Source of the DNA: Prorocentrum cordatum
Lineage: Eukaryota
Assembly (NCBI GenBank): GCA_963575745.1
Contig: CAUYUJ010000230.1
Coordinates: 62,001-116,561 of the forward strand
DNA: 54,561 bases
Reading direction: 5' to 3'
Shown here: one piece after another, positions 28,002-41,252 of the stretch
Layout of the letters: the number at the start of each line of letters is the position of its first letter
How positions within the stretch are numbered: position 1 is the first letter of the stretch
Translations under genes and position numbers: made by a program
The notes under the pieces: generated by a model
The model's database searches: none
What the model saw: the letters and a program-made list of their open reading frames with translations, nothing else
What the model was told of the DNA's origin: nothing

Positions 28002-31000
28002 AGGAGGAGGAGGAGGAGGAGGAGGAGGAGGAGGAGGAGGAGGAGGAGGAGGAGGAGGAGGAGGAGGAGGAGGAGGAGGAGGAGGAGGATGAGGAGGAGG
28101 AGGGGAGGAAATGGAGGATGAGGAGGAGGAGGATAGGAGGAGGAGGGGGAGGAGGAGAAGGAAAGGAAGACGAGGAGGAGATGGAGGAGGAGGAGGCGTT
28201 TGGAGGAGGAGGAGTAGGAGTAGGAGGAGGGCGGAGGAGGAGGACGAGGAGGAGGAGGGTTGAAGGGGAGGGGGAGGAAGAGGAGGCGGGGACGGATGAG
28301 GAGAAGGAGGAGGAGGGGGGGGAGGAGGAGGAGGAGGAGGAGGGGATGAGGGGAACGAAAAAGAGGAGGGGGAGGAGGAGGAGGAGGCGGAGGACGAGGA
28401 GGAGGAGAGGAGGAGGAGGAGGAGGAGGAGGAGGATGGGGGGGATGACGAACCACATCAGACGAAATCAACTCATTACAATAAGATCAACCGGACGAGAA
28501 CTTTACATTACTACTACCAAGAGGCATAGCAACACGAATGATAATATTATTAATACGAGGCGACGAGGACGAAGAGGACGAGGAGGAGGAGGCGGACCAG
28601 GATGAGGAGGAGAGGGATGATGAGGATGAGGAGGACGAGGGGGAGGAGGAGGAGGAGGAGGCAGAGAAGGAGGAGGAGGAAGCGGAGGAGGAGGAGTCGG
28701 AACGGGACGATCACGGTGAGGGGGAGGTGGAGGAGGAGGATGACGAGGAGGAGGACGAGGAGGAGGAGCAGGAGGAGGAGGAGGAGGAGGAGGAGGAGGA
28801 GGAGGAGGAGGAGGACTTGGGAGGCGGAGGGGCAGGCGATGGAGGGGGATGATGTACATGATGAACTGCATCTGTTGAGGAGGATGGGGAGGGGGGGGGC
28901 GGAGGAGGACGAGGAGGAGAACAGGGCAGGGGGAAACAGGGAATGGGGGAATGGGGGAGGCGTGGGAGGTTTTGGCGAGAGCGGTGTCTTGGCAGGGGAT
29001 AAGGTGGAGGAAGACAGCGATGTCGAGGGAGAGGGCGAGGGAAGGAGGGATTAGTATCAGGATGATGCGGAGGAGGGAGCGGGTGAGATTGATGACGAGG
29101 ATGCAGATCATGGTAATGATGAGGATGCTGATGGTGATGAGGTTGATGGTGGTGCTGGTGAGGACGATGGTGATGATATTGATGAGTTTGATAACGATGA
29201 TGCTGTTGATTAGGATGAGGTGCGGATGCTGCTGATGGTGCTGATGATGATGATCCTGTTGACGATGTTAATGCTGATGCTGATACTGGTGATGCCGATG
29301 GTGACGATGCTGGTGATGCTGATGGTGCTCCTCCTGATGATGACGATACTGATGGTGATGCTGAGGATGACGATGACGATGATGATGCTGATGATGCTGC
29401 TGATGATGCTGATGAGCATGCCGATGGTGGTGCTGCTGATGCTGATGCTGATAATGATACTGATGATGGTGTTGATGATGATGATGATACTGATGCTGGG
29501 TATGACGATACGGATGATGACAATGATGCGGAGGATGCTGCTGATGTTGGTGATCATGATGGTATTGCTGCTGACGATGATGATGATGCTGATGATTATG
29601 TCGATGATGATGATGATGCTGATGATGATGATGCTGATGATGAGGATGCTGGTGATGATGATGATGCTGTTGTCACTACTGATGACGATGATGATGCCGA
29701 TGATGATCGTGATGATGATGATGCTGATGGTGATGATGACAATGCTGATCATGATGCTGAGGTTGCTGATGATGATGCGGATGATCACGATGTTGCGGCT
29801 AATGGTGACGACGATGGTGATTTTCAGATTGATGATGATGCTGTTGATTAATGATGATGATGCTGCTGATGATGTTGTTTCTGCTGGTGGTGATCATGCT
29901 GATGCTGCTGCTGATTCTCATGCTGACGCGAATGATGCTGCTGACGCTGATGGTGTTGCTGTTGATGGTGATGATGTTTATGATGATGCTGGTGATGCTG
30001 ACGACGATGACGATGCTGATGGTGATGCTGCTGATGATGCTGTCGCCGATGATGCTGCCTACACTGATAAGGTTGATGCCGTTGATGGTGATGCTGATGC
30101 TGATGATGATGATGATGATGGTGATGCTGATTGTTATGATGCTGGTGATGCTGATGCTGATGTTGGCGATGATGCTGGCGCTGATGCGGCTGTTGATGCG
30201 GATGGTGATGGTGATTATATTGGTGGTGGTTCAGGTGCTGATGTTGCTGTTGCTGATGATGATGCTGATGATGCTGCTGCTGATGATGATGAGGATGCTG
30301 GTGCTGATGATGATGCTGTTGTCACTACTGATGACGATGATGATGCCGATGCTGATCGTGATGATGATGATGCTGATGGTGATGATGCCGATGCTGATCA
30401 TGATGCTGAGGTTGCTGATGATGATGCGGATGATCACGATGTTGCGGCCAATGGTGATGACGATGGTGATTTTCAGATTGATGATGATGCTGTGATTAAT
30501 GATGATGATGCTGCTGATGATGTTGTTTCTGCTGGTGGTGATCATGCTGATGCTGCTGCTGATTCTCATGCTGACGCGAATGATGCTGCTGACGCTGATG
30601 GTGTTGCTGTTGATGGTGATGTTGGCGATGCTGATGATGATGTTTATGATGATGCTGGTGTTGCTGACGACGATGACGATGCTGATGGTGATGCTGCTGA
30701 TGATGCTGTCGCCGATGATGCTGCCTACACTGATAAGGTTGATGCCGTTGATGGTGATGCTGATGCTGATGATGATGATGGTGATGCTGATTGTTATGAT
30801 GCTGGTGATGCTGATGCTGATGTTGGCGATGATGCTGGCGCTGATGCGGCTGTTGATGCGGATGGTGATGGTGATTATACTGGTGGTGGTTCAGGTGCTG
30901 ATGTTGCTGTTGCTGATGATGATGCTGATGATGCTGCTGCTGCTGATGATGCTGATACTGATGATGCGAATGACGATGCTGCTGATGCTGCTGCTGATGC

Positions 31001-31306
31001 TGATCATGATGCTAATGACGACGATGCTGATGATGATGCTGCTGATGATGATGCTGATGATGATGATGCTGATGACGATGGTGATGATGATGGCGGTGGT
31101 GGCGGTGGTGATGACGATGATGCTGTCGATGGTGATGGTGGTGGTGATGGCGATGTTAATAGTGATGATGATTCTGGCGACGATGTCGGTGATGATGCTG
31201 CTGCTGCTAATGATGCTGAGGCTGATCATGATTATGATGACGACGATGATGCTAAGACTGATGGTGATGCTGATGATTATGATGCCGATGATGATTCCGA
31301 TGCTGC

Positions 31307-31344
<38 letters not shown>

Positions 31345-31725
31345 CTGATGATACTGATACTGATACTGATTCTGATACTGGTACTGATACTGATACTGAT
31401 ACTGATACTGATACTGATACTGATACTGATACTGATGTTGATGATGCTGATGATGATGCTGATGCTGATAATGCTGATGCTGATGATGCTGATGCTGATG
31501 CTGATGATGCTGATGACGACGATGACGAGGGTGAGGATGAGAATGATGGTAATACTGCGGATGAGTATGAGGATCAGGTGTAGGAGGAGGACGAGGTCGG
31601 GGACGAGGACGACGTCGATGACGAGGAAGAGGAGACGGGCTCTTGGAGGAGGAGGAGGAGGAGGAGGAGGAGGAGGAGGAGGAGAAGGAGGAAGAGGAGG
31701 AGGAGACGGAGGAAGAGGAGGAGGA
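28002..31725. repeat. (GGA)n and degenerate (GAT/GCT)n tract containing a ~655-bp tandem duplication (~29640-30285 / ~30288-30945)
   Basis: Unique landmarks GTCACTACTG, TTTTCAGATT, ACACTGATAAGG and TCAGGTGCTG each occur twice, 649-666 bp apart. Confidence 0.93.
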
Positions 31726-31804
31726 AGGCAGACAGGCTGGCATTGAGGGATGGAGTATAGATAGAACGAGCGGTGCCTCATTGGGCGCAGCGAGAGCATC
31801 CCAG

Positions 31805-31858
31805 GTGGTGGCGCTGGTTGAGGCCTCGGAGGGCTGCCTGCAGAATTTCCAGCCGCAG
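31805..31858 (+). CDS. Exon of HPR/OPR-type protein
   Basis: cAG|G acceptor; VVALVEASEGCLQNFQPQ; CAG|GA donor. Joins the next exon to give FQPQELSMAAWSLAKL. Confidence 0.8.
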
Positions 31859-32264
31859 GAGTCTCCTGGGCAAACGCAAAGGGGCTCAGGGCTGCTTAGG
31901 GGAGGAGGAGGGAGGTGGAGGTGGATGTTGAGGAGGAGGGAGGAGATGGAGGAGGAGGAGGTGGAGGAGGACCAGAGAAGCCTAAGCTGCATCAGCGACG
32001 CTACACTGCACCATCCCGTTCCAAGCCGCCCCCCCCCAAAAAAAAACGTCCCTACAAGCTTGCCTTTTCACTACACGAAGCGCCCCCCTTGACAGACTGA
32101 CGCCATGGGGGCCTGCCACGTTGGCGGGGATCCCCGTCGAAAAGGAATTGCCGTGCATTCTTCTGGAGTGTAATCAGGAATACGAACCACTGACCATATA
32201 GCTCAACGGGGTGCCTCTATCTGTGCAGCTGCCGTGAGGATGTCTAAGCCATGAGCTTCGAAGA

Positions 32265-33260
32265 TGTTTTCAACGAGAACTCCATTTAGAGAAGGATCCG
32301 CCTGGGTTCCGTGCAGGGCTACATGTGTTGACGTTTCGGGTCTTTACACTTGCGGAGATCTCAAGCGAGATCTCCATTTTGACAAAGAACCGTCCTCCAT
32401 CCTTGAAGCCGTTGCGAGTTTTCCAAGTGAAACGACTATTTTGAAATATATTATTGCTCCATCTTTGTAACCGCTGCAAGCTTTTAAAAAGCGTTGCGCT
32501 GTGCTAGTGCCAGAGCTCTACCTTGAGATTCTCTATCCATCCATGTAAGGCATCCCGCTTGTAAGCGAAGGACCCCCTCCTCCCTCCCCTCCTCCGGCCT
32601 TCCTTCAGGGAGCTCCCCCTGCTTTACTAGAAGGCTTACCCTTCCTGCAACAGCTCCATCGTCAAAACGACCCCCCCTCCATCCCTGACGCCGTTGCAAG
32701 CTTTTACAAGTAATGCGCGCGGCTTCTAGGCGAGAGCCACATTTTGAACAGTAGCCAGCCTCTATCCTTGAAGCTGTTGCACACTCTTCATACGAACGTG
32801 CGGCGCTAAGGCGAGATCCCCGTTTTGAAACGACCCCCCAACCATCCTTAGAGCTGTTTCCACACTTATACAGAATGCCCCAATCCTCCCCCCTCTTCCC
32901 CTCCTTCTTCTTTTAAGGGACCCCTCCTGCCCTCCTAGAAGGCATGTCTATGCGTGTGCTTCGTTTTCACCTGTCTCAGCGTGCAGCAGCTGACGACAGG
33001 CCTGGCATGAACGTGTGTTGGCGTGGTCGAGTGCAGACCAGTGAGCGCCGTGATGGGACCAGAACTCCGCCTTGAAAACGACCCCCCTGCCAGGTACCGT
33101 GCACGGCGCCGAGGCGAGAGCCACGCTTGGAGGAGACCTTCCTTCATCCTCGAAGCTGTTGCAACTTTCCAGACGGATGTGCGTGGTGCTCCGGCCAGAG
33201 CCCCATTTTGCAAGCGAGCCCCAGCAATCCCCGAAGCTGCTGCACATCTCGAGCCTGAAG
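32265..33260. repeat. Dispersed/tandem repeat family (GCGAGA.C.CCATTTT..TCCATCCTTGAAGCTGTTGC); also at 36015-36420
   Basis: Multiple degenerate ~80-100 bp copies in both locations. Confidence 0.7.
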
Positions 33261-33359
33261 CTCGTAATGGTAAGGAAGCCTCGGGCGAAACTCCCAGCCC
33301 ACCCTGTCAGGGATGAGTTTTTTCCCCAAACAGTGGGGATTGGACGTGTATGGGGGGAA

Positions 33360-33580
33360 TTTCCTCGTTGCCGCCCGTGGCGGATTCGTGGCCGCCTCTT
33401 GCGCTGGGTGGGTCCGGCGAGGTTTCGCCACGTTGCTGCTCGTGGCCGCCTTGTGGCCGCCTTGTGCCCTGGGTGGGTCCAGAGATGTTTCGCCACGTTG
33501 TCGCCTGGTGCCGCCAAGTGGTCGCCTCGTGCGCTGGGTGGGTCTAGCAAGGTTTCGCCACGTTGCTGCCCGTGGCCTCC
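33360..33580. repeat. Four ~60-65 bp tandem units (GTTTCGCCACGTTG..GCGCTGGGTGGGTC)
   Basis: Visible repetition. Confidence 0.8.
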
Positions 33581-35077
33581 TCGATGCAAGCTCGTGCGCC
33601 ATAGCGTACACTGCTTAGCATAGCTCACGCTACATATACGATCCGGGGCTCCAGGCCCACGGTCCCCCCCCAGATGGGATGGGTCCCAGGGCCCCACGGC
33701 CCCCCCCCCCTGATGGGGGGGGACGATGACGACGACGACGACGATGACGACGACGACGACGACGATGACGACGACGACGACGACTGCGGCGGCGGCGGCG
33801 ACGGCCTCAGGAGCTCTACTGGAGCACCACAGTGCCACTCCGCACACGCCACACCCACAGCACCACACCACACCCACAGGGGGAGGGAACACCATCGCGC
33901 GGGGAGGGGGGGCCGATGGCATCAGCATGAGGGGGGGGTCAGACCGTGGACGATATCTTATTGTACACAACATAGCTCACACCATGATGTAGATCGCACC
34001 ACGGAGCTTACACAGCATAGCTTATCTAAAGGCTGCCGCCTCTGCCGCCGACCCCAATTGAGCGACGAATGTTTGATTCGTGAGTGGTCGGGGTACTTTT
34101 CCGAGCACGCAGGCAGGGTTCAGATGAGCCTCAGATTCTCCGTTGCATCTCGGATTTCTTTTTGGGGCAGTTTGGGAGCCTCGTGGGGTTGCTGTTGGGT
34201 CTCTTGGGGATTTCTTGCAGCCTTTGGGGGCCTGCTGGGGAGTCTCTGGGGGCCTCTTGGGGACTTCTTGGGGCTGAACGTTACGATTTGTGGTTTGTGT
34301 TCGTTCTCTTGGGCCATTTGGGCCGTCATGGGGTTCCTTGGGCGGCCTCTTGGGCAGTGCTGGGGTGGCATGCGGGACCTCGGGAACGCCGTCGCCTTTG
34401 AACGAAAGAAGGCAAATCAAATGTGTTGTGTCTCTTCAGGTCCTGTGAGGAGGCATCTGCGAAGCTTCTTGGGACATGTTGGGGCCTTCTTGGGCCTGTG
34501 GACGCCACGTAGGGTGTCTTGGGGCGATATTTGACCAGTCGGGGCGGTTGGGGCCGTCTTGGGTGTTTTTCAGGCTCTGTCGCCCTGTTTGGAGGTTCCC
34601 ATCGCTCCGAAGCAGTGACGCGAGAGACCGCGAGAAGCCCCCCATGAGAACACTTCGCGATGTGGGGTTCTGGCTTCTGAACGACTCCTCAGGTGTACGG
34701 ACTGAGGTTGACAGGGTGATGGTGCGAACCTGAGGGCACGCCCATTCCATGCCCTGAAGCACGGTGGCGGATCTACAGAACCATAATACTTTGACGATCA
34801 TTGTTGTGTCGGATCGCATCACGTTGTCGAGCTCCACTGGGGGAATCGTCCTGGGGTGTGTCTCGTGGTTCCTTTGTATGAGTCGTGGGGGTGGCAGTAC
34901 ATCGGGTTAGCGGTTGGTAGATTGGGCGAGGTGGCACAAATTATCCTGGAACGGCGACGATCCCATTCCCGAAGGGAAAAATGGGGTTGGACGAGGAAGC
35001 GCGGTGGATCATTTCCGGCCCAGACGGCGGGGGGTAGGAGACCCCATGCGAGAAATTGTCCCAGCCGGTGGCGGCGA

Positions 35078-35630
35078 TACGCGGAATTGTCGGGTGGGGG
35101 GTCCCAAGAACAGAGCTCCCAGGAGGGTGCGGGGGTCGGACCTGGTGGTGGCCTGGTGTCTGCGTGGTGGGGGGTCAGGGTCGGGTCCGGGCGCGGAATT
35201 GTCGGGTGGGGGGCCCCACGAACAGAGTTCCCCGGGTCGGGTGGTGGCCTGGTGGTGGCGTGGTGTGGGGTCAGGGTCGGTTCCGGGCGCGGAATTGTCG
35301 GGTGGGGGGTGGACAGAGCTCCCAGGAGGGTGCGGGGGTCGGACCTGGTGGTGGCCTGGTGGTGGCACGGGGGGTCAGGAGGGTCGGTTCCGGGCGCGGA
35401 ATTGTCGGGTCCCAAGAGCAGAGCTCCCAGGAGGGTGCGGGGTTCGGACTTGGTGGTGGCGTGGGACTTGGTGGTGGCGTGGTGGGGGGTCAGGGTCGGT
35501 TCCGGGCGCGGAATTCTCGGGTGGGGGGTCCCAAGAACAGAGCTCCCAGGAGGGTGCGGGGGTCGGACCTGGTGGTGGCGTGTGGCGTGGTGCAGGGATC
35601 GGGAGCTCCCAGGAGGGTTCGGGGGTCGGA
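35078..35630. repeat. Minisatellite, ~5 units of ~95-113 bp (GCGGAATTGTCGGGTGGGGG..CAGAGCTCCCAGGAGGGTGCGGGGGTCGGACCTGGTGGTGGC)
   Basis: Unit starts near 35081, 35193, 35289, 35396 and 35508. Confidence 0.9.
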
Positions 35631-36545
35631 CGTAATCCACAATTGAACAGTTGAATCGCACACGCCTCTGGGGTCGGCGGATTCCACATAGCTTGCACAC
35701 CATGCTCACGTCGAGTAGCTTGCCGAACCAGGCCTACATAGCTTAGCTCACAACGCAAAACTTACACAACATAGCTTACACCACAGTTTGCGCCTCATAC
35801 CTTTCACCTGTAGGCTGCAACGAGTCACCGTTTTGGGTCCACGCTTGCTAACATGTATAGCGCCGCCCCCCCGAAGCACAAGCGCCATATGGGCATGCCG
35901 TGTTCGCGAGTACCCCCGTGTTGAAAAATAAGTACCTTACATACTAGTACGGGTCGCCCCCATCCGTGTACCTGTCGCAAATTTCACGATTTGTCATGAG
36001 TTTCGAGGAAGTTTCAAGCGAGAGCGCCATTTAGAAAAGGAGCCGCCTGCGGTTCGTGCAGTGCCACATGTCTTGAAGCGTGGGGCCATTCAAGCTAGGG
36101 AAGGTCCAAGCGCGAGCCCCAGTGTGCCAAACAGATCCGTTCTCCATCCCTGAAGCTGTTGCGGACATACGTAGAGGATAGAGGAATGTGTGCGGCGCTC
36201 AGCCGAAAGCCGCATGTTTTAAAAGGCTTGTGCACCATCCTTATGACTGCTGCGAGCTTGCAAGACGAATGTGCGCGACGCTTGGACGATAAACCCATTT
36301 TAAGCCCTGAGCTGTTGCATGCTTTTCATTCAAATGATGTACGCGGCGCTGAGAGGAGAGATCCATGCCGCCCTGCATCCTTGAAACGGTTGCAAGCTTG
36401 TAAGACGAATGTACTTTTACCAACGAATGGCTCCCTCTCCCCCTCCTCCCCCCCTCCCCCCCTCCTCCCCCCTCCTTCTCTTCTAGGGAGTCCCTTTTCC
36501 TGCCTTCTTGGGAGGCTTGCCCCTCCTGCCCGCCGCTGCCCAGAG

Positions 36546-36596
36546 GAGCTCAGCATGGCGGCGTGGTCCCTGGCGAAACTCTACGCTTCTAGCAAG
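36546..36596 (+). CDS. Exon of HPR/OPR-type protein
   Basis: AG|G acceptor; ELSMAAWSLAKLYASSK; AAG|GC donor (GT at 36600 is an alternative). Confidence 0.8.
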
Positions 36597-37069
36597 GCGG
36601 TGTGGGGGGGTCGGCGCCCACCTCGGCGTCCTGCAGACCTCTCTCTCTTCGCTTGTGCATCTTCCGTTTCCAGCGTCCATCTCTTTTTGACCGGCTTGAT
36701 TAGATATCGATTCGGGTCGTTTGGTCCGATTCGATTCGACGCAGCCCGACGCATGGCGCCGTTGCGCATCCTTGCTTTTCCGATCCGATTCGATCACGAC
36801 CCCGTGCCGATGCGGCTTGATCCGACGCACATCCTGATCCGAAGCGAATCCTGCCTCCCGTCCCCTCCCTCTGTATCCCCACCCCCGCCCCCTCCACCCC
36901 CTTCCCCTCTGTACATCTCCGTCCCTCCACTTCGTCGGCGACCTCTGCCCCTCTACTAGCCCCCACGTCCCTCCACCACTCTCCTTTTTTCCGGTCTTCC
37001 TCTACCCGTCCATTTCTTGTTGCCTCCATCACTCTGCCCCTTCGTCCCTAGATCATGCTTTCCTCGACC

Positions 37070-37580
37070 ATCGATCTTCGTAATCCTCGATCCTCGATCC
37101 TCTTTCATCCTCATCGATCCTCGATCCTCATTTTTTGATCCTCCTTGATCCTCGATCCTCCTTTCTGATACTCCTCCTTCTCTTCCTCCTCCCTCTCGAT
37201 CCTCGATCATCCTCGATCCTGCCTCCTCGATCCTCGGTCCCTTCGACCCCTCGGTTCTGAGTCATCCTCGAGCCTCTTCAAAGCTTCGACCTTCGAGCGC
37301 CTGGATCATCCGCGACCCCCTTGCCCCTGCAAACCTCGATCCTCGACCCAATTGGTCTTGGACCATCCTCGATCCTCCTCATCTCGATCCTCGATCCCCC
37401 TCCAAACCTCCACCCTCGACCACATGCATCCTCCTCCTCCTCCTCCTCCTCCTCTCGATTCTCGACCCTCCTCTCCAGAGTCCTCGGCCCTCGACCCCCT
37501 GGATCCTTGTCGGTCTTCCTCGCGATCCTCGATCCTCGACCTCCTCCTCTCGATCCCCGACCCCCCACCCTCCGATCCTC
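37070..37580. repeat. Degenerate (TCCTCGA)n 7-mer; also 39750-39840 and, inverted, 21600-21720
   Basis: Visible periodicity. Confidence 0.8.
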
Positions 37581-37614
37581 GGCCCTGGACCTGCCCGCCC
37601 CGGCCCCTCGGCAG

Positions 37615-37698
37615 GCCACGGTCGGGGACCAGTCGCGGCGGGGGCGCTCGAGCATGCGGCCACCGCAGGTGGACACCATGCTGCTCCGACTCGCGGAG
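37615..37698 (+). CDS. Exon of HPR/OPR-type protein
   Basis: cAG|G acceptor; ATVGDQSRRGRSSMRPPQVDTMLLRLAE; GAG|GC donor; phase 0 at both ends. Confidence 0.7.
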
Positions 37699-38060
37699 GC
37701 GTGCCCGCCCACGCTTCACCTGCGGGGGGCCTCTGGGGTTGAGGTTCGAGATCGAGCCTCGAGGGTCAGGCTCTTCGTTCGGACGTCGTTCGCCCTTTTT
37801 CTGAGCCTTCGCCAGGCTCCTCGAGGCCACGGCTTGACTCCCCGCGAAGTTCTCCACAGGACGCAGCCTCGGGGAGAGCTCCGGGGGCCGATCTTCTGGC
37901 CCCGGATGCACAGACCCGCCGATCGGGCGGTCGGAGGAGGGCCAGCCGAGGCCTCGGCGGCCTTCCCCGGCACTTGCCGTCCTTTGCCGGGGCCTTCTGG
38001 GGGCCTCTCGCCGCCACGGCTGGGCCCGCGCCGAAGATCGGAGAAGAGAAAGCACCCGAA

Positions 38061-38214
38061 ACAAAAACTTTTTTGGCGCTCCGCGCGGATTTCTTGGATC
38101 TGCGCTGGTCTCCCCTCCCTGGCGCGCGGAGCGCGCCAGGGGCGGCGCCAGAGGCGCTGCTGGGGCGCTCCAGTGCAGTTCCAAGAAATCCGCGCGGAGC
38201 GACAAAAGTTTGTG
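38061..38214. repeat. Foldback/palindromic element; related copies at ~14910-15021 and ~44755-44813
   Basis: Perfect 22-bp inverted repeat 38077-38098 / 38180-38201 enclosing an 11-bp stem hairpin at 38117-38141. Confidence 0.85.
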
Positions 38215-40150
38215 TGTTAGGGCGTTCATTCTGCTTCGAGAAGAACGAACGGGTCGAGGTGGACCCCGGGAGGGGTCCGGGGGCCGATTAGCCGCCGTTG
38301 TCTCCTTCTGCCCTCCTCGCATGGACTGCCCTGTGGGCGAAGGCGCAGCGGACTTGACGCGGATTCGGCTTGGCTGCGGCTCGGATTCGATTCGGGAACG
38401 GGCGTGGGTTCGGCGCGAATGGCGGCGCGACGGGGCAGAGGAGGTCCCCCGAAGATGCAACGAAATCGCCGTCGGTGCGCTTGGGCATTCCAGCCTCGTC
38501 GTCGTCAGCCGCGGTCCGAGTGGGGTCGTCGCCGTCCCTAGGCGTTCGGACAGGCTGATCCTGGGCGCTTTCCCTCCATCCCCGCAGTCGGGGAACTCTT
38601 GTCGGGCTCCCAGGGCCATCGCGAATGGGCTTGGGTCGAACTGCTGCCCCGTGGGAGAGGCTCCGAGGCCTCCGGGGGGCCGCGAGCTCGCAGAGCCAGT
38701 GCCTCGGAAGTCGGGCGGAAGATCCCCGGAGGGCCAGCCGACACCCGGCAGACGGTGCGGGGCAGACCTTCGGCCAGCGACCATCGAGGTCGTCGGGCGG
38801 GTCGAGCGGGCGGGCCCCGATGCGCGGGCCGGGCAGGCGGGTCGGGCCGGTGGGCCCGTGCGGGGTGGGCCGTCGGGCACTGGGCCGGCGGCCTCTGGAC
38901 GTGCCGTTCTGGGGCAGTTCCTCGGCGTTCCCTCGGCGTTCTGCGCGCGCCCCGAGTCCAGGGGGGTGGGGCCTTCCTCGGGGGCGTGTTGCTCCTCGAG
39001 GTCCCCGGCCGAAGGGCGCCGCAGCGCGGCTGCCGGGCCCGATCTGCTTCGGGCGCCCTCTCACCGAGAGATCGAAGAACTAGCGGATCGAGGCGCTGCG
39101 GCGCCTCCTGCGGCGCCCTTGTTTCGCGACAGCCGCGTTGCCCTCAATCTACGTTGCCAGCTCGACGATCAAGATTCGAGGGTCGAGGTGTTGGCACGTG
39201 TTTTTGGATGTCGGTGTTGTTGCCAGCTCGGAGATCGGGGTTAGAATGCTCAGGCTTGGGGACGTTTTGGGGCCAGGACGGGTCGGTCAGGGGCCAGATG
39301 GTTTGACTCCCGGATTCGTCCCCTCTGGCGACGCGGAGCGACAGTGCGACGGCTGCTTTCCTACGGCTTTCGGCTCGGGGCCGTCAACATGAACACAGTT
39401 CGGGATGGCACATCTGCCCCAGGGAGTGTGTCGAGAGTCTTGGGGGGGGGACCCACGCCACGAACATGACCAGGGTGGAGGATGAGGAGGAGGAGGAGGA
39501 GGAGGAGGAGGGGGAGGAGGAGGGAGGGAGCAGGGAGGAAGAAGGATTGCGAGGAGGAATGCAATAATCAGCGGACGTTGCGCTTTCTGTTCTGCTTGGC
39601 CGTATGTAGCATGCCGGGCTTTCCCTGGTTGCAACGCTAGGGGTTGTGCTCTGACCAAAATCTCGAGGCGGATCCAGCCGCGGCGACAAGAATCCTGCTG
39701 TGTGGGCTAAACAAGGGCCAGATTTTCCAACCGCTCCGATTCCCCAGTCCTCGGTTCCTCGATCCTCGTTCCTCCTCCTCGTCGTTCCGTACACCTTGAC
39801 CCCTCGATCCTCGATCCTTATCCTCCAACCTCGATCCCCGGTCCTCCTCCTCGTCATGACGTCCAGCCAGCCACCAGTTCTAGGCCTCGAAGGCCACCGA
39901 CCACGGTGGCCAGACCCCTTGGCCCTCAACGGCGGCCTCCTGTCGTCCTTCGACGCCGCATCTTTCTTCGTGGCTGGGGCCTCCCTCGGGATCTCGACCG
40001 CTTCCCCATGACCGTCTTTCAATCCCGAGCCGTTCTATGATGGCTCCGGGGCCCAGAGACGACCTCGGGGCCGAGGTCGACGAAAAGCCGACCGCCGCCG
40101 ACCTCCTGGATGGTTGGGTCTGGGTCCGAGTGTTTGGGTGGCGGCCTCAG

Positions 40151-40237
40151 GTGGCGACACGGTGCGTGCACCTGTTCGAGGACCAGGGCATTTCCAACAT
40201 CACTTGGGCCATGGCGATCCTCGATCTCACGGGGAAG
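40151..40237 (+). CDS. Exon of HPR/OPR-type protein
   Basis: cAG|G acceptor; VATRCVHLFEDQGISNITWAMAILDLTGK; AAG|GA donor. Confidence 0.82.
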
Positions 40238-40269
40238 GAGCCGACCACCTTCCACGGCTCCCCTGCGAT

Positions 40270-40730
40270 GGAGGAAGAGGAAGGGTAGGAGAAGGATGAT
40301 CATGATGAGGAGGATGAGGATGAGGAGGAGGAGGAGGAGGCGGAGGCGGAGGAGGAGGAGGAGGGGGAGGAGGAGGAGGAGGAGGAGGAGGCGGGTCGAG
40401 CACGTGATTCACCTCAGGGGTATCCCCCGTCGAGGATGCTCGGCGTCTCTGCTCTTTCTTGACTCGGCCATGGTACCTTTCACGCGGCCGCGGAATCGAA
40501 AGAGGCAGAGGCGGAGGATGAATATGTGGAGGAAGAGGCGAAGAAGGAGGGGGAGGAGGAGGAAGAGAAGGATGAAGCGGAGGAGGAACCGGTGGAGGGA
40601 GGAGGAGGAGGAGGAGGAGGAGGAGGAGGAGGAGGAGGAGGAGGAGGAGGAGGAGGAGGAGGAGGAGGGGAGGAGGAGGAGGAGGAGGAGGAGGAGGAGG
40701 AGTAGGAAGAGGAGGAATAAGAAGAGGAAG
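40270..40730. repeat. (GGA)n tract
   Basis: Visible. Confidence 0.95.
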
Positions 40731-40971
40731 AGGGCTACTACTGCTAATACTCAGAAGAAACACAATGATACGAACAATAATACCAACCATCTTAATAAAG
40801 AAGCCAAACAACGAATAGTACTGACACGAAGACTAAGACTAGTACTACGATTACTGATAACATTACACATGCTATCACGAATCATACGAATAAGACGACT
40901 CATACTAACACTATTAAGAAAACGAGTCTTGTTCATAGTAATCGTAATCACAATCGCAGGAATAGTAATAG

Positions 40972-41252
40972 TTCTGCGACTACCATCGGTGCGGTTACGC
41001 TGGGGTGCGGTTTGCGAGTGGCTTTGTGGCGGCCTTTCTGGGACCTTTGTGAGAGACAGTGTCATGCCTGTCGTCGTTTCGAGCGACACTGTCATCCTCG
41101 ATGTGTGTTCCATTGTACTAGAAGGAGCGACAGTGTCATGTGATTCGGTCGCACTGAGTGACAGTGTCATCCCTTTTCCGGGGGCGGGAAGGGCAGGCAT
41201 GACAGGAGGCAAACCGCACCCTTCGCAAACCGCACCCATTGTAGTCGCCGAA
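40972..41252. mobile_element. 281-bp MITE with ~44-bp TIRs and TAG 3-bp flanking repeat
   Basis: Left end TTCTGCGACTACCATCGGTGCGGTT..GGGTGCGGTTTGC; right end GCAAACCGCACCC..AACCGCACCCATTGTAGTCGCCGAA; TAG at 40969-40971 and 41253-41255; four internal GACA(G/C)TGTCAT motifs. Confidence 0.85.

Noticed and set aside
34580..34837. Possible RT fragment on the minus strand (VLQGMEWA)
   Set aside because: A single weak motif with no catalytic DD.
35078..35630. CRISPR-like array (also considered for 20390-21120 and 33360-33580)
   Set aside because: The intervening sequences are themselves repeated, there are no unique spacers or cas genes, and the context is eukaryotic.
37306..39300. Long overlapping ORFs on both strands
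   Set aside because: GC-rich, stop-poor DNA with no recognisable motifs apart from the short exon at 37615-37698.
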